33,177 nt of DNA from an uncultured virus (IMG/VR IMGVR_UViG_3300035686_000079) (IMGVR_UViG_3300035686_000079), one strand, 5' to 3'; counted from the first letter of the stretch, positions 12,001 through 19,293 are shown. The notes: generated by a model not told the origin, from the letters alone. Numbers and translations are program-made.

Positions 12001-15000
12001 GCACAAAATTCAGAGACGTTAAATCCGACACAGATGTAATGTCTCAAGGCTTGAATCGCGCTGGCACGACAGGGCAACGAGTAGGGCAAATTTTAGTAGT
12101 AGCATTCAAGCTAATCGCGCAAGTCATAAACTTTACGACGAATATTTTAGCCATTGGTATTGAAACCTTAATTAAGATAGGCGAAACTTTTATCTCAATT
12201 GCTCGTTGGATAAAAAATGCTACTGTCTCAATTAAAGAGTTTGCCATAGGCTTCTGGACGGGATTTAGTAAAGCAATAGCTCCAGCACTGGAAGGAATAA
12301 TACCGTTGGTACAGAAAGCCCTTCTAGTCCTTGGGCGGATTGGTGTTGTCGTTCCAGTTGTAACTGGAGTACTAGGTAGTATATATGGAGTAGTTATAGG
12401 TACCGCTTCGGCTATACTTGCCTTTACTCATGGAGTTACTGCTGCCACGGCGTCTGTAGGGTACTTCTTGACTAATTTAACCCCTCTACAAGTAGCAATT
12501 ACTACTATTTTTAGTCTATTCGGTGGCTCAGTTGTTCTAAAAAACTTTAAGAAAATAATTGATTCAATTGTTAGTTCTATTCAACGTTTATTTGGTAAGA
12601 CAAAAAAGACGACCGAAACCGTTCAAGGCGTAGGAGATGCAATTGAAAAAGTTGGTTCTAGCGCCCAAGCCATCGCCAAAACTGCTAATACAGTTGGACG
12701 AATCGGTGGATCTGCATGGAAAGCAGCCGAGGCAGTAACTGAGACAACTAAGGCATTTCTTACAGCTAGGGATAAAGGAGAGCTTTTCGGTAAGGCTGTT
12801 GGTGGAGCCATAGCGTCCTTAATTACACTTGTCAAAGATACGATCGCATTAATTGTCGATATCGGCGACTTCATTACTAAACCACTCTCGTTCTTAGATA
12901 AATACTTCATCAATTTTGGCAACAGTGTCGTTTACGCTATTACTCATCCATTTGAAACTTTAGAAAAGATAACAAAAGGCTCATTTGATGCCGTACAAGG
13001 AAGCGTTAGTACATTAAATCAAGGAATCTCCAGTACTTTTACTTCAATTGACTTCTTTGCTCCAATACGAACCAAAATTGAAGAAGCAAAAAAGGCGTGG
13101 TCTAACTTCCTTCAATCTTTCAACGAGCCGTTCGATCCAGAACCACTACTGAAAGGATTGAGAAGTGCCGGTGAGGCAATAGTTTTTATTCTTAAATCCC
13201 CCTTTGCGATCGCATCTACTGCGGCTTCAGTTGCATTTGACTTTATTGTTGCTAGGTTCTGGGAAATTGGAGATGCTTTTAGAAAACTCGGTGAATCCAG
13301 AATAGGAAAAATTTTCAAGTACTTGTTTCAGGCAATCACAGTTGATGCTGGCAGTACATTAAAATCACTCTACGATTTCTTCTTTGCTCCTGTCACGCAG
13401 TTTTTTGAAAACTTGGCTAATGGGGCAAGAGATAAGGTAAATGGCGCAATTCAAGCGATTGGCGACTTTTTACAAACAGTAGGAACCAATATAAAAAGTG
13501 GACTAAGCTCCTTCTTCTCTCCCATCACGCAGTTTTTTGAAGACCTACCCAACAAGGCAAAAGATAAGATAACCAGTACGATTCAAGACATCAGTGCCCT
13601 CCTGCAAAACGTAGGAAGCAGTATTCAAGATGCATTAACTGCACCACTACGAGCGATCAATGCAGCGTGGGAGAATACTGGGAATAAGATTACAGGCATC
13701 TTCAAACGATTAGGGCGCAAGAGCGAACAAACAGGTGATGACGTTCAGGGCAATATATCCGAACATTCTCCCGGTCCTACTTACCAAATCCGCAAACACT
13801 GGCAACATACGGCTGATTTCGTGCAAGAGAAGATTGGGGCGATCGGTAAAACGGCCCAAACTCAAGGAGCGCAGATTGAAGATGCTCTAGAACCGAATAT
13901 TAAAAACGTCGCTGGCACCCGCGTTGCTCCGGCAATGGCTCCAAACTACAACAAAGGCTTCCAGTTAGCCCTGACCAACGCCTCCGAGCAACAGAAGCGG
14001 CACCTAATGGGCATGACCAAAGCCCTACAGCGGCATTCTCTAGTCGAGCAAAAGATAAGAGATAAGCACCAAGCGGGGCTATTGTCAGACGTAGCAGCCG
14101 AGAAGTTGCTGATGAACGTTCAACAGAAAAGAGCGGCTACGCAGGAAAAAATTGACAAAAAAATTGCCAGCATTCAAGCTGGCGTTCGCAAGCGTAACGG
14201 GGAACTGGTAAATGAGACCAGAGGGGTCTTGACTTCTGTTGGCAGCGCTTTATCTAACTTCGCGCCACAGTTAGCTGCACCAATCTTTGCCGTTGGCGAC
14301 GTGATAGATGCCGTAGGAGATATTGCTTCACTTCCTGAGAAATTGGGCAAAATCAAAGACCTGATTCCCAAGAACCTACTTGGAGGACTTGGTACTGCAT
14401 CTGCTGTGGCTGAAGCCGAGATCGTAGCTGGGGCAAATGGTGTAATAGCCAATAGCGAATTAACAGTAGCTGGGGCGGCACAGACAGCGGCAGCAACCCA
14501 AGCTCGATCGGCTGGAGTTAGCAGCGTTGCGGCAGTACAAGAATCTGCCGTTGTAACGGGAGCTAATACAACTACTGCTAAGTCATTCAACCTGCTATCT
14601 TTTTCAGCTGGCGTTGCAGGAAAAGTAATAGGGTTTGTGTTCTCTCCAGTCATGGGTATTATCCTAGGCGTTGCAGCCGCTGCCTTCTTGTTGTACCAAG
14701 CATGGCAAAACAACTTCCTAGGTATTCAGGATGTAGTTAGTGTAATTGGCGACTTCTTCAGGCTCCTAGGAAGGGGATCATGGGATATTATTGCCGAACT
14801 ATTTAATACGATCGGACAATCTGTTAACGCAATTGGAGTAGCACTTGGCGAACTGGGGATGGCGTTCATTAGTCCCTTCTTCCCGCTAATGGACTTATTC
14901 GGCATCAATACAGGAGGAGGCTGGGGTGGATTACTGATGGCGGCTATGCAAGGCACAGTCAAGGCGATTCTATTACCCCTCAAGGTTGTTGCTAGCGTAA

Positions 15001-15656
15001 TTGGTGGCATTGTCAAGATAATCAGTTCGGTCATTATCTTGATTATTAAGATTGGCACGGTTATCGTCTCTGGCTTCATGATGCCCCTCAAACCAGTAAT
15101 TGCCGCATTTGTGTTTATCGGCAATGTTATCAAGGGAATTTTTGAAGCGATCGGTAGTATAGGAAATGCAATTGGCGGGACGTTAGGCACGATCGGTGGC
15201 TGGCTGGGATTTGGGACTGGAGGAGATAGTGGAATTCCTCAATATCAAACAGGTGGCTATGTCCCTGGCTCTGGTCCCAAACCTGCCATTCTACACGGGG
15301 GAGAGTATGTAGTTAGCGCTCAAGGTGTTTCAGCAAATCTGCCGACACTAGAAGCCATGAATCAAGGAGCTAAGGTTTCACCTCCGGTTTCAGTTCAACC
15401 ACCACGACCGCCGCAATTACCGTCAGCGCGAGACATAGCTGTTGTGGCACCTGCTACTACAGCGACAGAGGTTAGCGGAACAGCCATGCTTGAGGCTCTC
15501 TCACAAATGAAAATCGAGCTTAACTTTGGAGACATCATTCTACAAGCCGCCACGGGTTCGGAGGCAGCAAACGAGTTTATCGACCAGATTTCTCCACAAT
15601 TGCGACGCACGTTGAGAGCGATGCTGAAAGAATTATTGGAAACCTCTAGGAACTAA
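3..15656 (+). CDS. Giant phage tail tape measure protein (5' truncated by window edge)
   Basis: The frame is open from base 3 (AAA TCA ATT GGT GAA TTG), so the TTG at 18 is probably not the true start. Ala/Gly-rich helical protein with periodic W/F, several hydrophobic blocks and HSP-type motifs. The C-terminal YQTGGYV...AILHGGEYVV motif is typical of tape measure C-termini. Confidence 0.85.
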   Translation, partial: KSIGELLFGFTGIPQVIETFKENRRIYKRSEQVARRAKRLGDQDKEELEALLSARRRGLAALMSNEGFTYSDDFKSNAPRGMKEFFKEKGIDTKQQQMLENFITKTRKLERSFAPADVTETFKALSGLAGKYRSEVVRAEDGLSEGMFRFREAISSAGFGGDAERSLLYKLLEKGRSGLTPQQDKQLEEAFTRIGTKIGSVERMQESLDKSGLINTALHIIKTGKLGGSIDAERLDLAKALGVTVGALKRIDKTPLNNPIDQLKANFEVFVENLTRQAKKFDRSIVHQLENLDKALNTQLLIPTPVGKLISQPILWLYTSTRDQFLKGIRAGAPILSSVAREAKDIFGFPELTKQFQSIRAQFRDATKSSLPDILARSTIPGKRRYGKATPELRAQFQSRMMESLQKTPDYTPAKASQVMEIFLKDAKGTSIEQQLKSAGLDPKAVAKSLEKALGATEEQVKKIIEDNNYSAKLAYPYQVYFLKGLPGLMAGAAKDIWKVTNKVLGLAGRVLGKPLRSVAMDVIGTFGVGLVTRLSEFSNKLGDRIQVGLENLSQQSRKLFGQNNVFEKVLKRFSGFLGSMGRRTGDYLSEQAKQLQSNPKTKTQMIIDAGMRLFRGIANTFDVARKALAKPRALFGNLFNSVKQFFSSLFSGKELKEVRAAREKSRADIARHRTQLKNAQNVPDFDPRSRQLKAQGIAEAQTGITSAVEQLKNLNKRYNELTRFSPGRIYTKTTKWLGLSFLKMRKGLEKTARTIEQQQVDVTTKVPLRRRGLKDGSAIGVRGQGPEPNALFPNANTLQNLDTQVDFLIKSIEQVQPLTNKAMAGMVRIGQKAAVGVGNYFFNSAQRAKDAWIAAQNALTGSKWPKWMQFAYKTGRSLVAALNHGAADRTAEAWQRTQQSTAQNMQQMTQTAQAAGQQISSHMQKSVGRVGTFFSQLTGSVGNVGKAGIAIGGAVTAVGFAAQTATYSLSTMGLVSEETSQNLNKFFEIFSLLGAIGGVATPVIAALASSMGALGSVAVFAATTVTGIGSAIAGVVGLGSVAFAPLVLGVGTIVAAVLGLYLAFKNNFLGIGNIAKQVGATLASVFSGPISLIERAWSGFVGNFGGKLMPIVQPAIDVGKGIVGALNHGSADLTAEAWDRTHERVSGVFGGLLAGAQSVAGSIGSALHLGGAAVGSGGKHAVEVTHQAPEQLPAGDKGILSGISRVYHKVENLVHLFQESVHFLEDITKLIRLMHAHHLITTATEVGHEIAISIKRALGQPVAAASGHGHGGHDLGATQAGAQAATTSGGKFNTVKRVGIAVGSAVGAVGVGTQIIGHSLESLHVLGEEQVKLIDHFGEVFTIISAIGNIGIPIFGAIGDGIKLIGTSVPGVGNGLTRLRGSIAQIGTTLTTLMGIESIAFAPLLLSIGAIAAGVAALYLAFKTNFLGIRTIATASVGAIQGAWSGFATWFGSLPLVGQATSMGEGIVGALNHGSADATAEAWDRTHERVGGVMKNLAQTASQTATGIASNLNIQGAQASLGSAKGTVVQAAAQAKDSTTGFIHQVLDGIKAEMAQLNNNLTHLVEQQNIGLEKLTSATEKNNSLFKYVFSSSGISAFVKAFTVGFGGFQIVRLILSIKEALVHLREPLERMGIRTGFTPAAVEPHNKFGRAKATISDLGQIGKKVRSVASFLPLIGVLSPQLAMVGGILTTISYITDEWAGTIEKVAGKAIKFLPLIGGIGIGLTALIALLEVATPGFNVLGAVIGTVAFTVKAFLGVFQGIWKALTEGGETKKTNPIVAYLKDVIATIGIMAQAGEEFGTTIGYALTKALLSPLSLIKSAWMGFVSWFATLPLVGSAVSIGEGIVGALNHGSADATASAWERTHDKILGWFGGIGQSASNLGSEISGKVTSAFSGVGNALKTGKEAVGNATTATKENLSEAKTRIDNLSSVLPEQVAQIAANVEQIPSILIDGFNQQSALLGQNNLAAEPVKDLLGELTVLMSLSIESIDRVFSSSQSMLASLQTIAALSKGIASSMSAATQSLLVRDQGSTIKPPLATGRSSIAGKAITRIGRDVTKEGLAQYEDQPPQIKGFHPIKNRKLARDYDQKMARLSQLGETLGQQETGTPEPKGFRPFGVITKLRKQFSGETEFQKTIQEEVQRREVELADKIIQGSQSNSLLLQRQYAGMVTKNAEGITTISQEGQAYIEKELAGSFKNRTGAFSDETLQKIAQKTGFKPKDQDRLRSVATAGQRTLADASSTLGEVKVSADEKWLPEAANSLSLLVKASNDFTTTFNTAFNMIVQKLDLIATLLQPALAQQYQEQMDAIREMLKVYGAKLTPEGQDYFSKKVVDAITNPKVPPKVKAPITETQAPKPPNSIPDSLSGGTPVNLEPATNTVRSNGVSQMLKEQVNKAWDFLLTPRKNAPKTPIKSGVSGVEELRAVSSTIGGTVEKTGKPVNYTPIQKRLSDSFSDKFEQPKGVQARLSERVGTPQPIQQGIDAELINPMGALIEAPETINNAWSKAFAFITQGLSGLVGFAANIGTALINLLNHSPTEKIPNAWDKMVERIKGFLQNDLLKFALGIAAAVTAAFALNKLTSGAGLEGVKGGKGLLKLSLYANAVNDIAGLTGVELPDFVQPLLMATTMAGVLADLSTEIIPGLLKSTSLIGPTLLKSLPFVGIVATAFGLLLFAWNKNIFNIQQKGEAAANFIKSAWNGAIGAIFGLFSGWLNLAAQAGKKLIDLLNHSPTVQIPKAWERAVNFIKGLLGSLLTTAARIGKGLINVLILPLKVGLGLISIIAGVILMPLMPVLSVIGLIGKGVLGVGQALLGIGALVVAAFVLPFVVAFKAVQILGTGILAAILAPIKTLQIVLTGVGKVFQFIWGLIVNTGSAIASILLVPFIAVKNIANSIFDLIRGIVDSIAGMGDDLLKGGQELVGALNPFHKQQPEPVAAPVAPPPPEKKSWLNSVNPFHKKQPEPVAAPVAPPPPEKKSWLSSVNPFRKQETEATSTVPTPSTGTVTPEIVVPVVPATTAETEIKAASVADNIAYSIQDRLDSLQREGIGLIGTMFLGDARDIGQSLGVLGSDVVDFFKRAAVSIVRLDLPGLTSAFGDFTSNLGYAASTILGAFGSMTQSAIAFALAGGAGLSPIILVLGGIAFVAAVVMTNFLGIRTILKGIIQIGLGVAQVLHGAFVGIIQVSQALFTILRGIYPALQGDFRLLDTGIDLLKASFELMTRRIGAGLGNIKKGFGTILEGIGQGLRQIIPGFDGLIFKFQGFLSLFKDGEQAGDMVATSLIRFINGIGATFRKTSENIQKFIARIPQLLTGVIERFKDFVQPKGTLSWKPLISRLRKELIPLEIELELMFPRLMKSLRSIGSGLLAPFKYIGSLLRGFFNRLAIDLPLPLRKEFIRARDALLRTWQQFTSFISRDRNIFEPMLGRLRRLNRQFTLIIGRWRRQWKNFKRELAQKDFLAGTFRRLLFFGKVWNRYINRMERAWQKFAGSNPNIPMFTSVFKGLRSMSRAFQVTVEFLQKRWEGLRNFLISTDFVSNLLRGVQRLSIGFGRFLDNLQLGIVPAVREAFSSISKWFENLVNTIKQGGKPFKAIFGNNLAEVSSNFEQFVTKSEKIWNQFIQLLGATANITVITDFLSKASDKFADFIPVVSRQWERFAQYIGRVDILASFFSTIKQLNASFGDTIVNMAHWWEKLAEKFKLPTFQDQFTFIFELNDRFASVINFIEARWQNLRQFLSETNLIPGLFVGVEWFSRFFSKTIGWLGNKWKALVEFLNKPNLFDNLFSQLRDFGKQIPAIGKWVKTTFVPIHKFIQGLMNDTEGTVNKSIEQIQKTFTTLKSFIHGIFVDIPGTIEKATDWIINKWKEFVPGIGNPLEKVLGIARKIAIALINTLNHSPTEKIPSAWEKAAQEIIGLFRDILNAARQVRDKIVAAFTWSVNKIKGSFQLLGNFIEGVYLGIAQNMSQSFLDMVPGVNRLLANIVRFGGVFKRILEPVIQLIANLSTKFRDVKSDTDVMSQGLNRAGTTGQRVGQILVVAFKLIAQVINFTTNILAIGIETLIKIGETFISIARWIKNATVSIKEFAIGFWTGFSKAIAPALEGIIPLVQKALLVLGRIGVVVPVVTGVLGSIYGVVIGTASAILAFTHGVTAATASVGYFLTNLTPLQVAITTIFSLFGGSVVLKNFKKIIDSIVSSIQRLFGKTKKTTETVQGVGDAIEKVGSSAQAIAKTANTVGRIGGSAWKAAEAVTETTKAFLTARDKGELFGKAVGGAIASLITLVKDTIALIVDIGDFITKPLSFLDKYFINFGNSVVYAITHPFETLEKITKGSFDAVQGSVSTLNQGISSTFTSIDFFAPIRTKIEEAKKAWSNFLQSFNEPFDPEPLLKGLRSAGEAIVFILKSPFAIASTAASVAFDFIVARFWEIGDAFRKLGESRIGKIFKYLFQAITVDAGSTLKSLYDFFFAPVTQFFENLANGARDKVNGAIQAIGDFLQTVGTNIKSGLSSFFSPITQFFEDLPNKAKDKITSTIQDISALLQNVGSSIQDALTAPLRAINAAWENTGNKITGIFKRLGRKSEQTGDDVQGNISEHSPGPTYQIRKHWQHTADFVQEKIGAIGKTAQTQGAQIEDALEPNIKNVAGTRVAPAMAPNYNKGFQLALTNASEQQKRHLMGMTKALQRHSLVEQKIRDKHQAGLLSDVAAEKLLMNVQQKRAATQEKIDKKIASIQAGVRKRNGELVNETRGVLTSVGSALSNFAPQLAAPIFAVGDVIDAVGDIASLPEKLGKIKDLIPKNLLGGLGTASAVAEAEIVAGANGVIANSELTVAGAAQTAAATQARSAGVSSVAAVQESAVVTGANTTTAKSFNLLSFSAGVAGKVIGFVFSPVMGIILGVAAAAFLLYQAWQNNFLGIQDVVSVIGDFFRLLGRGSWDIIAELFNTIGQSVNAIGVALGELGMAFISPFFPLMDLFGINTGGGWGGLLMAAMQGTVKAILLPLKVVASVIGGIVKIISSVIILIIKIGTVIVSGFMMPLKPVIAAFVFIGNVIKGIFEAIGSIGNAIGGTLGTIGGWLGFGTGGDSGIPQYQTGGYVPGSGPKPAILHGGEYVVSAQGVSANLPTLEAMNQGAKVSPPVSVQPPRPPQLPSARDIAVVAPATTATEVSGTAMLEALSQMKIELNFGDIILQAATGSEAANEFIDQISPQLRRTLRAMLKELLETSRN
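7141..7168. promoter_or_regulatory. Conserved palindrome, copy 1 (inside tape measure gene)
   Basis: CTAACACCGTTCG-GT-CGAACGGTGTTAG with perfect 13-bp arms; same core as the other three copies. Confidence 0.7.
8778..8969 (+). repeat. 87-bp (29-aa) tandem repeat, about 2.2 copies, Pro-rich
   Basis: NPFHKxQPEPVAAPVAPPPPEKKSWLxSV occurs twice plus a partial copy. CAACCAGAACC is at 8796 and 8883; the DNA copies are nearly identical. Confidence 0.95.
10218..11395 (+). repeat. Degenerate ~38-aa Trp-anchored amphipathic repeats (about 9 copies) in the tape measure protein
   Basis: WQQF, WKNF, WQKF, WEGL and then WNQF, WERF, WEKL, WQNL, WKAL recur at 37-39 aa spacing in two runs. Confidence 0.75.
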
Positions 15657-15664
15657 GACTTCCA

Positions 15665-17290
15665 TTAAAGACTTTTGCCAAAAGCCCTAAATACACCATG
15701 TTCTTTTAGTTCTTGAGGCAACAACAAGCCTTTAGACACCAAAAACAACACTCCATCTTTATCTGGTAACTTTGAGTTTTCTAGCTCTTCTGCAAGGTCT
15801 TTGAAAGCTGTATCTAAATCTTTGCCATTATCTAGTCCTTTTTTTATCTCTTGTTGAGCTACTTTCTCCAAATCAATCTTCTTATAAATCTCTTCCAGAA
15901 ACTGCTGAGTGTCAAACCTAAAATCCAAAGATTCCTCAGCGATTTTTAGGTTTTTTTCTAACATTTCATCTAATTCACCTTTCAAGAAAATTGAACCTAT
16001 TTTTCTTAGGACATTCTCTGATTCATCTGAGTTTTTTAAAGTCAAAACAATTGAGTTTCTTATTTTTCTGCCTCTGAAATCTATCCTTCCAGAATGCAAA
16101 GCAGTAATTTTAAGTTTTATTTGATTAGCTGCTTTTTGAATCACTAAAGAAGGAGATCCAGTTGAATATATAAAGTTCCCTGCTTTGTCCTTGGGTTCTG
16201 TAATTGTTTCAAATGGAGACACATCACTCAATGAGATTCTTGGATGCTGTTCTTTGTTAATGACTTGACGCCATTGATAATCATAATCTCGTACTTTACC
16301 AGCTGTCATGACAGATATATTAGGTGGATCTATTTTTAATTTCTTACATACCTCCACAACACCTGAATCTGCGGCATCTTTTATGGTTTCATAAAATTGA
16401 TTGACTGCCATTTCAGTTGCTTTATTTACCGTTTTCTTACCTGTCTTTCCTGTTGCTTTAGCGGCAGCACTAACACCACTACCAACACCTATACCAATAG
16501 CCAAGTCAATTCCAAGTCTCACTAAAGGGTTTTTAACATCCATCTTGTCCATTGCCTTATTCGCGGCAAAACTCACCGCCTGAGTGGCAGCAGCAGAAAC
16601 AAGAATGGTGCCTAATGTGTCTCCCACCAGCATCCCGATAGCAATTTCCGGCGTGAGGGTAGCGGCAAGGTATCCGGCGATCGGAATAGAAGCTGCGGCA
16701 ATTTTCCCTAAAACTTTAATCCCTTCCGATTCACTCTCAACGTTGTTGAGGTCGTCAATTAGCTTGTTGTACTTGAATCCAGCTAATTCAAATGCTCTCT
16801 TAATATCCTTAGCAAGTTCTTTGGGGTCGCGCCCTTCCTGTAAGCCACTGATGCTGTTGACGATTTCCTTGAATGGGTCTGGTTTAATGGCGTTAGGAAG
16901 TCCGGGATTAATCTTGGCGTACTTATCTGCCAACCTGTCTCGTGCCGTCTGAGCGTCAATGCCGAACATTTTGTTGAGCAGTTTGTCGGCAAACTCAGGA
17001 TTCTTCTCAACGAGCTTGTCTAGTCCCTTGGCTGTGAGTTTAAGCAGTTCGTTATTAACTTTACGCTTGGCTTCCTTGGGGTCTTTAATAGCCTCCTGGA
17101 TGGTCGCAGCCGCATCTTTGACTGACTCTGTGACGGAAGTTGCTTTCTTGGCAAACTGCCCTGTTGCACTATCTCGCATAACGGTCTTCTCCTCAGAGCC
17201 TTTACGCCAATCTGCCGCATACTCTTTGAGGGCTGCTTCTACGAAGATTCCACTGACTTGGGCTTGAGCTAGAGCATAATGATCTGTCAT
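15665..17290 (-). CDS. Leader-family effector A: conserved 275-aa N-terminus plus unknown AT-rich C-terminal domain
   Basis: Residues 1-275 are nearly identical to 19363..21552; the sequences diverge right after GIGVGSGVSA. Confidence 0.85.
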   Translation of the reverse strand: MTDHYALAQAQVSGIFVEAALKEYAADWRKGSEEKTVMRDSATGQFAKKATSVTESVKDAAATIQEAIKDPKEAKRKVNNELLKLTAKGLDKLVEKNPEFADKLLNKMFGIDAQTARDRLADKYAKINPGLPNAIKPDPFKEIVNSISGLQEGRDPKELAKDIKRAFELAGFKYNKLIDDLNNVESESEGIKVLGKIAAASIPIAGYLAATLTPEIAIGMLVGDTLGTILVSAAATQAVSFAANKAMDKMDVKNPLVRLGIDLAIGIGVGSGVSAAAKATGKTGKKTVNKATEMAVNQFYETIKDAADSGVVEVCKKLKIDPPNISVMTAGKVRDYDYQWRQVINKEQHPRISLSDVSPFETITEPKDKAGNFIYSTGSPSLVIQKAANQIKLKITALHSGRIDFRGRKIRNSIVLTLKNSDESENVLRKIGSIFLKGELDEMLEKNLKIAEESLDFRFDTQQFLEEIYKKIDLEKVAQQEIKKGLDNGKDLDTAFKDLAEELENSKLPDKDGVLFLVSKGLLLPQELKEHGVFRAFGKSL

Positions 17291-17302
17291 AAAAGCTCCA
17301 CG

Positions 17303-17325
17303 AACACCGTTCGACCGAACGTGTT
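17303..17325. promoter_or_regulatory. Conserved palindrome, copy 2 (imperfect)
   Basis: AACACCGTTCG-AC-CGAACG-TGTT with one G missing. It overlaps the stop of 17324..17710 and lies 12 bp upstream of the effector A start. Confidence 0.65.
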
Positions 17326-17710
17326 ATTTAATGATGAATGGCAAGATATCCAATTCTATACCCCCTAATTCCATCTTCACTGGTACTGGGTTTCCCTGTT
17401 TTGGGGCATTTTGCACTGTGTAACGTAAACCATACATAGGTGCCACTTGCTCTAATATATAAAGCAAATTATCCCAGTAGGTAGCTCCTCCCTGTACGGG
17501 CCAGTGTTCCAGGCTTTGACTGGTTACCATGGCATTCTTGAAATGGGCAAGCAAGGCATCAGACCCCTTGCGGATATCCTTGAAAACCACTAGCCCAGTG
17601 GTTCGGGAATCTTCTATTGAACTTCCTTCTGGGGGAAGCAATTCAATTTTCCAGAAAGGGAGCGTAACACGATCGGTCTTAAACTGAACTTCAACTACTG
17701 GATTTGGCAT
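17324..17710 (-). CDS. Small protein coupled to the peptidase effector; candidate immunity/inhibitor
   Basis: 1-bp TAATG overlap with 17710..19293. Shares FK..TS, PV and WDxLxxI with 25914..26270. Confidence 0.7.
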   Translation of the reverse strand: MPNPVVEVQFKTDRVTLPFWKIELLPPEGSSIEDSRTTGLVVFKDIRKGSDALLAHFKNAMVTSQSLEHWPVQGGATYWDNLLYILEQVAPMYGLRYTVQNAPKQGNPVPVKMELGGIELDILPFIIK

Positions 17711-19293
17711 TACCGTTTATTTGGTTTCATATCGGCTACAGAAAGAGCATATAGCATTGTCTCCCGATCCTTAGCAGCCATCCTGCCCGCAAGGCGAGAA
17801 CTACCTAATGACTCAAATCCACTAGACAGAACCTCAGTGCCAAGGTCTTGGCTGCCATCAGGCGATTTCATTCTTAGCCCTTGATAAGGGGAAAAGAAAC
17901 GATCTTCGGCTGCATCTCTACTTCCACCAACTTGACTCATTCCATAAGGAAGTTTTACTGCCTTGCCTTTTGGTGTTTCCGCCGCCCTATCTTCTCGGAG
18001 AGCAGCTGACATATCCACAAGATCGTATTTCATTTCTATCAGGTGTCCAGCCTCGTGAAAAGCGATTTCACGTAAGTGATCTTCTGTGTTACTAAGTTGC
18101 TCATACCCAGTAGTATTCAAGCCTGCCGCTTTTGAATTAACATCTCCAACGTTGATTATTCCATCCGAATTAAAAAAATCAAATAGTCTGTTTATTTGAT
18201 TATTATTGTACCTGTTCAATGTTTGACCACTTTTTGTTTTACTGCCTCCGATCGCAAATGCACGGTTGTTAGATACCGTTAATTTTATGTTTAGACTAGA
18301 GTTAATTAATTTTGATAAGCTTTTCAGTTCTTTAGCAGCTGCATCAATAATATTAAACCTCTCTTGGTAAGTCTTAAGACTCAATCCGCCCAAGCTTGAA
18401 AACATGGCAGCTAGCGCAGCAAAGTCTTTCGTAGAGCTTTGCGTTGTTTTTATTGTCCCTGGAGATTCCTTGGTTGCTGTTCTAAGGAGATTTTCATAAG
18501 CTACCTTTTGCTCGTCAGAACCTAGTTCTGCATTCGCAACGGCATCAATATTCGCATCGTATTTAATAGATGCCTTAACAACGCCTGCTCTCCATTGTGC
18601 CCTTGGAGAATCAGCGCCTTCTTTTTCAACAATCTCTGCAAGTTCATTCACTCGCTTACCCAAAGAAAAGCCTTCCCCTTTGTATTGAGCTATTAAAGAT
18701 TCACAATGCTCCTTCTCCTGTACCGCAGCAGCAGAAGCAATCATGTTATTTGACAATTCTTGTTCAAGGCTGACTAATTGTTCTCCGCCTTGAGAAACCT
18801 TAGCTGCTAGCTTGATAGCATTGATACTAGCCTTACTAGCAATCATGATTTGCTCTTTTCGTTTTGCTTCCAACTGCTTGATCGCTGCTTTTCGTGCTGG
18901 TGCATCTAATTGCCCCTCACCTATACGATCGCACTCCTTAATAAGTCCTTCAGTATCAATTCCGAACGCATCGAGCGCCCGTTGAACTTGAGCAGCTTTT
19001 TCTTGGGTGTTTTCTCCTGTTAAATTTAAACTCTTGGTGAGTCGATCTGTGTTGCTCTCTTTACTCGCTTCGCTGTCGGTAGCAGATTTACCTGGAGATT
19101 CACTCCCCGGTGCTGCTGTCGCAGCTGCTCCAGGACTGGCAAACTTGCCTCCTACTCGATAAACCTTCGTACTACTGCCCTCTCTCCAGTCGGCTTCATA
19201 CCACTTGCCTTCGGCTTCAATTTGGAGGCGATCGATCTCGAAACTGGCAATGGCTGCTTGAGCTTGAGCTATTAACAATAACTGGTTGTCCAT
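17710..19293 (-). CDS. Leader-family effector B: divergent leader plus HExxH zincin-like metallopeptidase domain
   Basis: Leader IAQAQ...YEADWREGS...RVGGKFAS. HEAGH at 18043-18057, followed by FSPYQG, TEVLS and DRETMLYALSV, which align with the two HELTH paralogues. Confidence 0.8.
   Translation of the reverse strand: MDNQLLLIAQAQAAIASFEIDRLQIEAEGKWYEADWREGSSTKVYRVGGKFASPGAAATAAPGSESPGKSATDSEASKESNTDRLTKSLNLTGENTQEKAAQVQRALDAFGIDTEGLIKECDRIGEGQLDAPARKAAIKQLEAKRKEQIMIASKASINAIKLAAKVSQGGEQLVSLEQELSNNMIASAAAVQEKEHCESLIAQYKGEGFSLGKRVNELAEIVEKEGADSPRAQWRAGVVKASIKYDANIDAVANAELGSDEQKVAYENLLRTATKESPGTIKTTQSSTKDFAALAAMFSSLGGLSLKTYQERFNIIDAAAKELKSLSKLINSSLNIKLTVSNNRAFAIGGSKTKSGQTLNRYNNNQINRLFDFFNSDGIINVGDVNSKAAGLNTTGYEQLSNTEDHLREIAFHEAGHLIEMKYDLVDMSAALREDRAAETPKGKAVKLPYGMSQVGGSRDAAEDRFFSPYQGLRMKSPDGSQDLGTEVLSSGFESLGSSRLAGRMAAKDRETMLYALSVADMKPNKR

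Larger units (their letters stand above)
2649..13803 (+). repeat. Eight dispersed LNHG[AS]ADxTAxAW / LNHSPTxxIPxAW / SEHSPG...HW motifs in the tape measure protein
   Basis: Motifs start at about 2649, 3381, 4416, 5553, 7605, 8187, 11670 and 13758. The copies around 4389-4444 and 5527-5582 are also similar at DNA level. Confidence 0.9.

Noticed and set aside
506..15610. Many short minus-strand ORFs opposite the giant gene
   Set aside because: They are antisense shadows of a long coding frame, with no motifs or translation signals.
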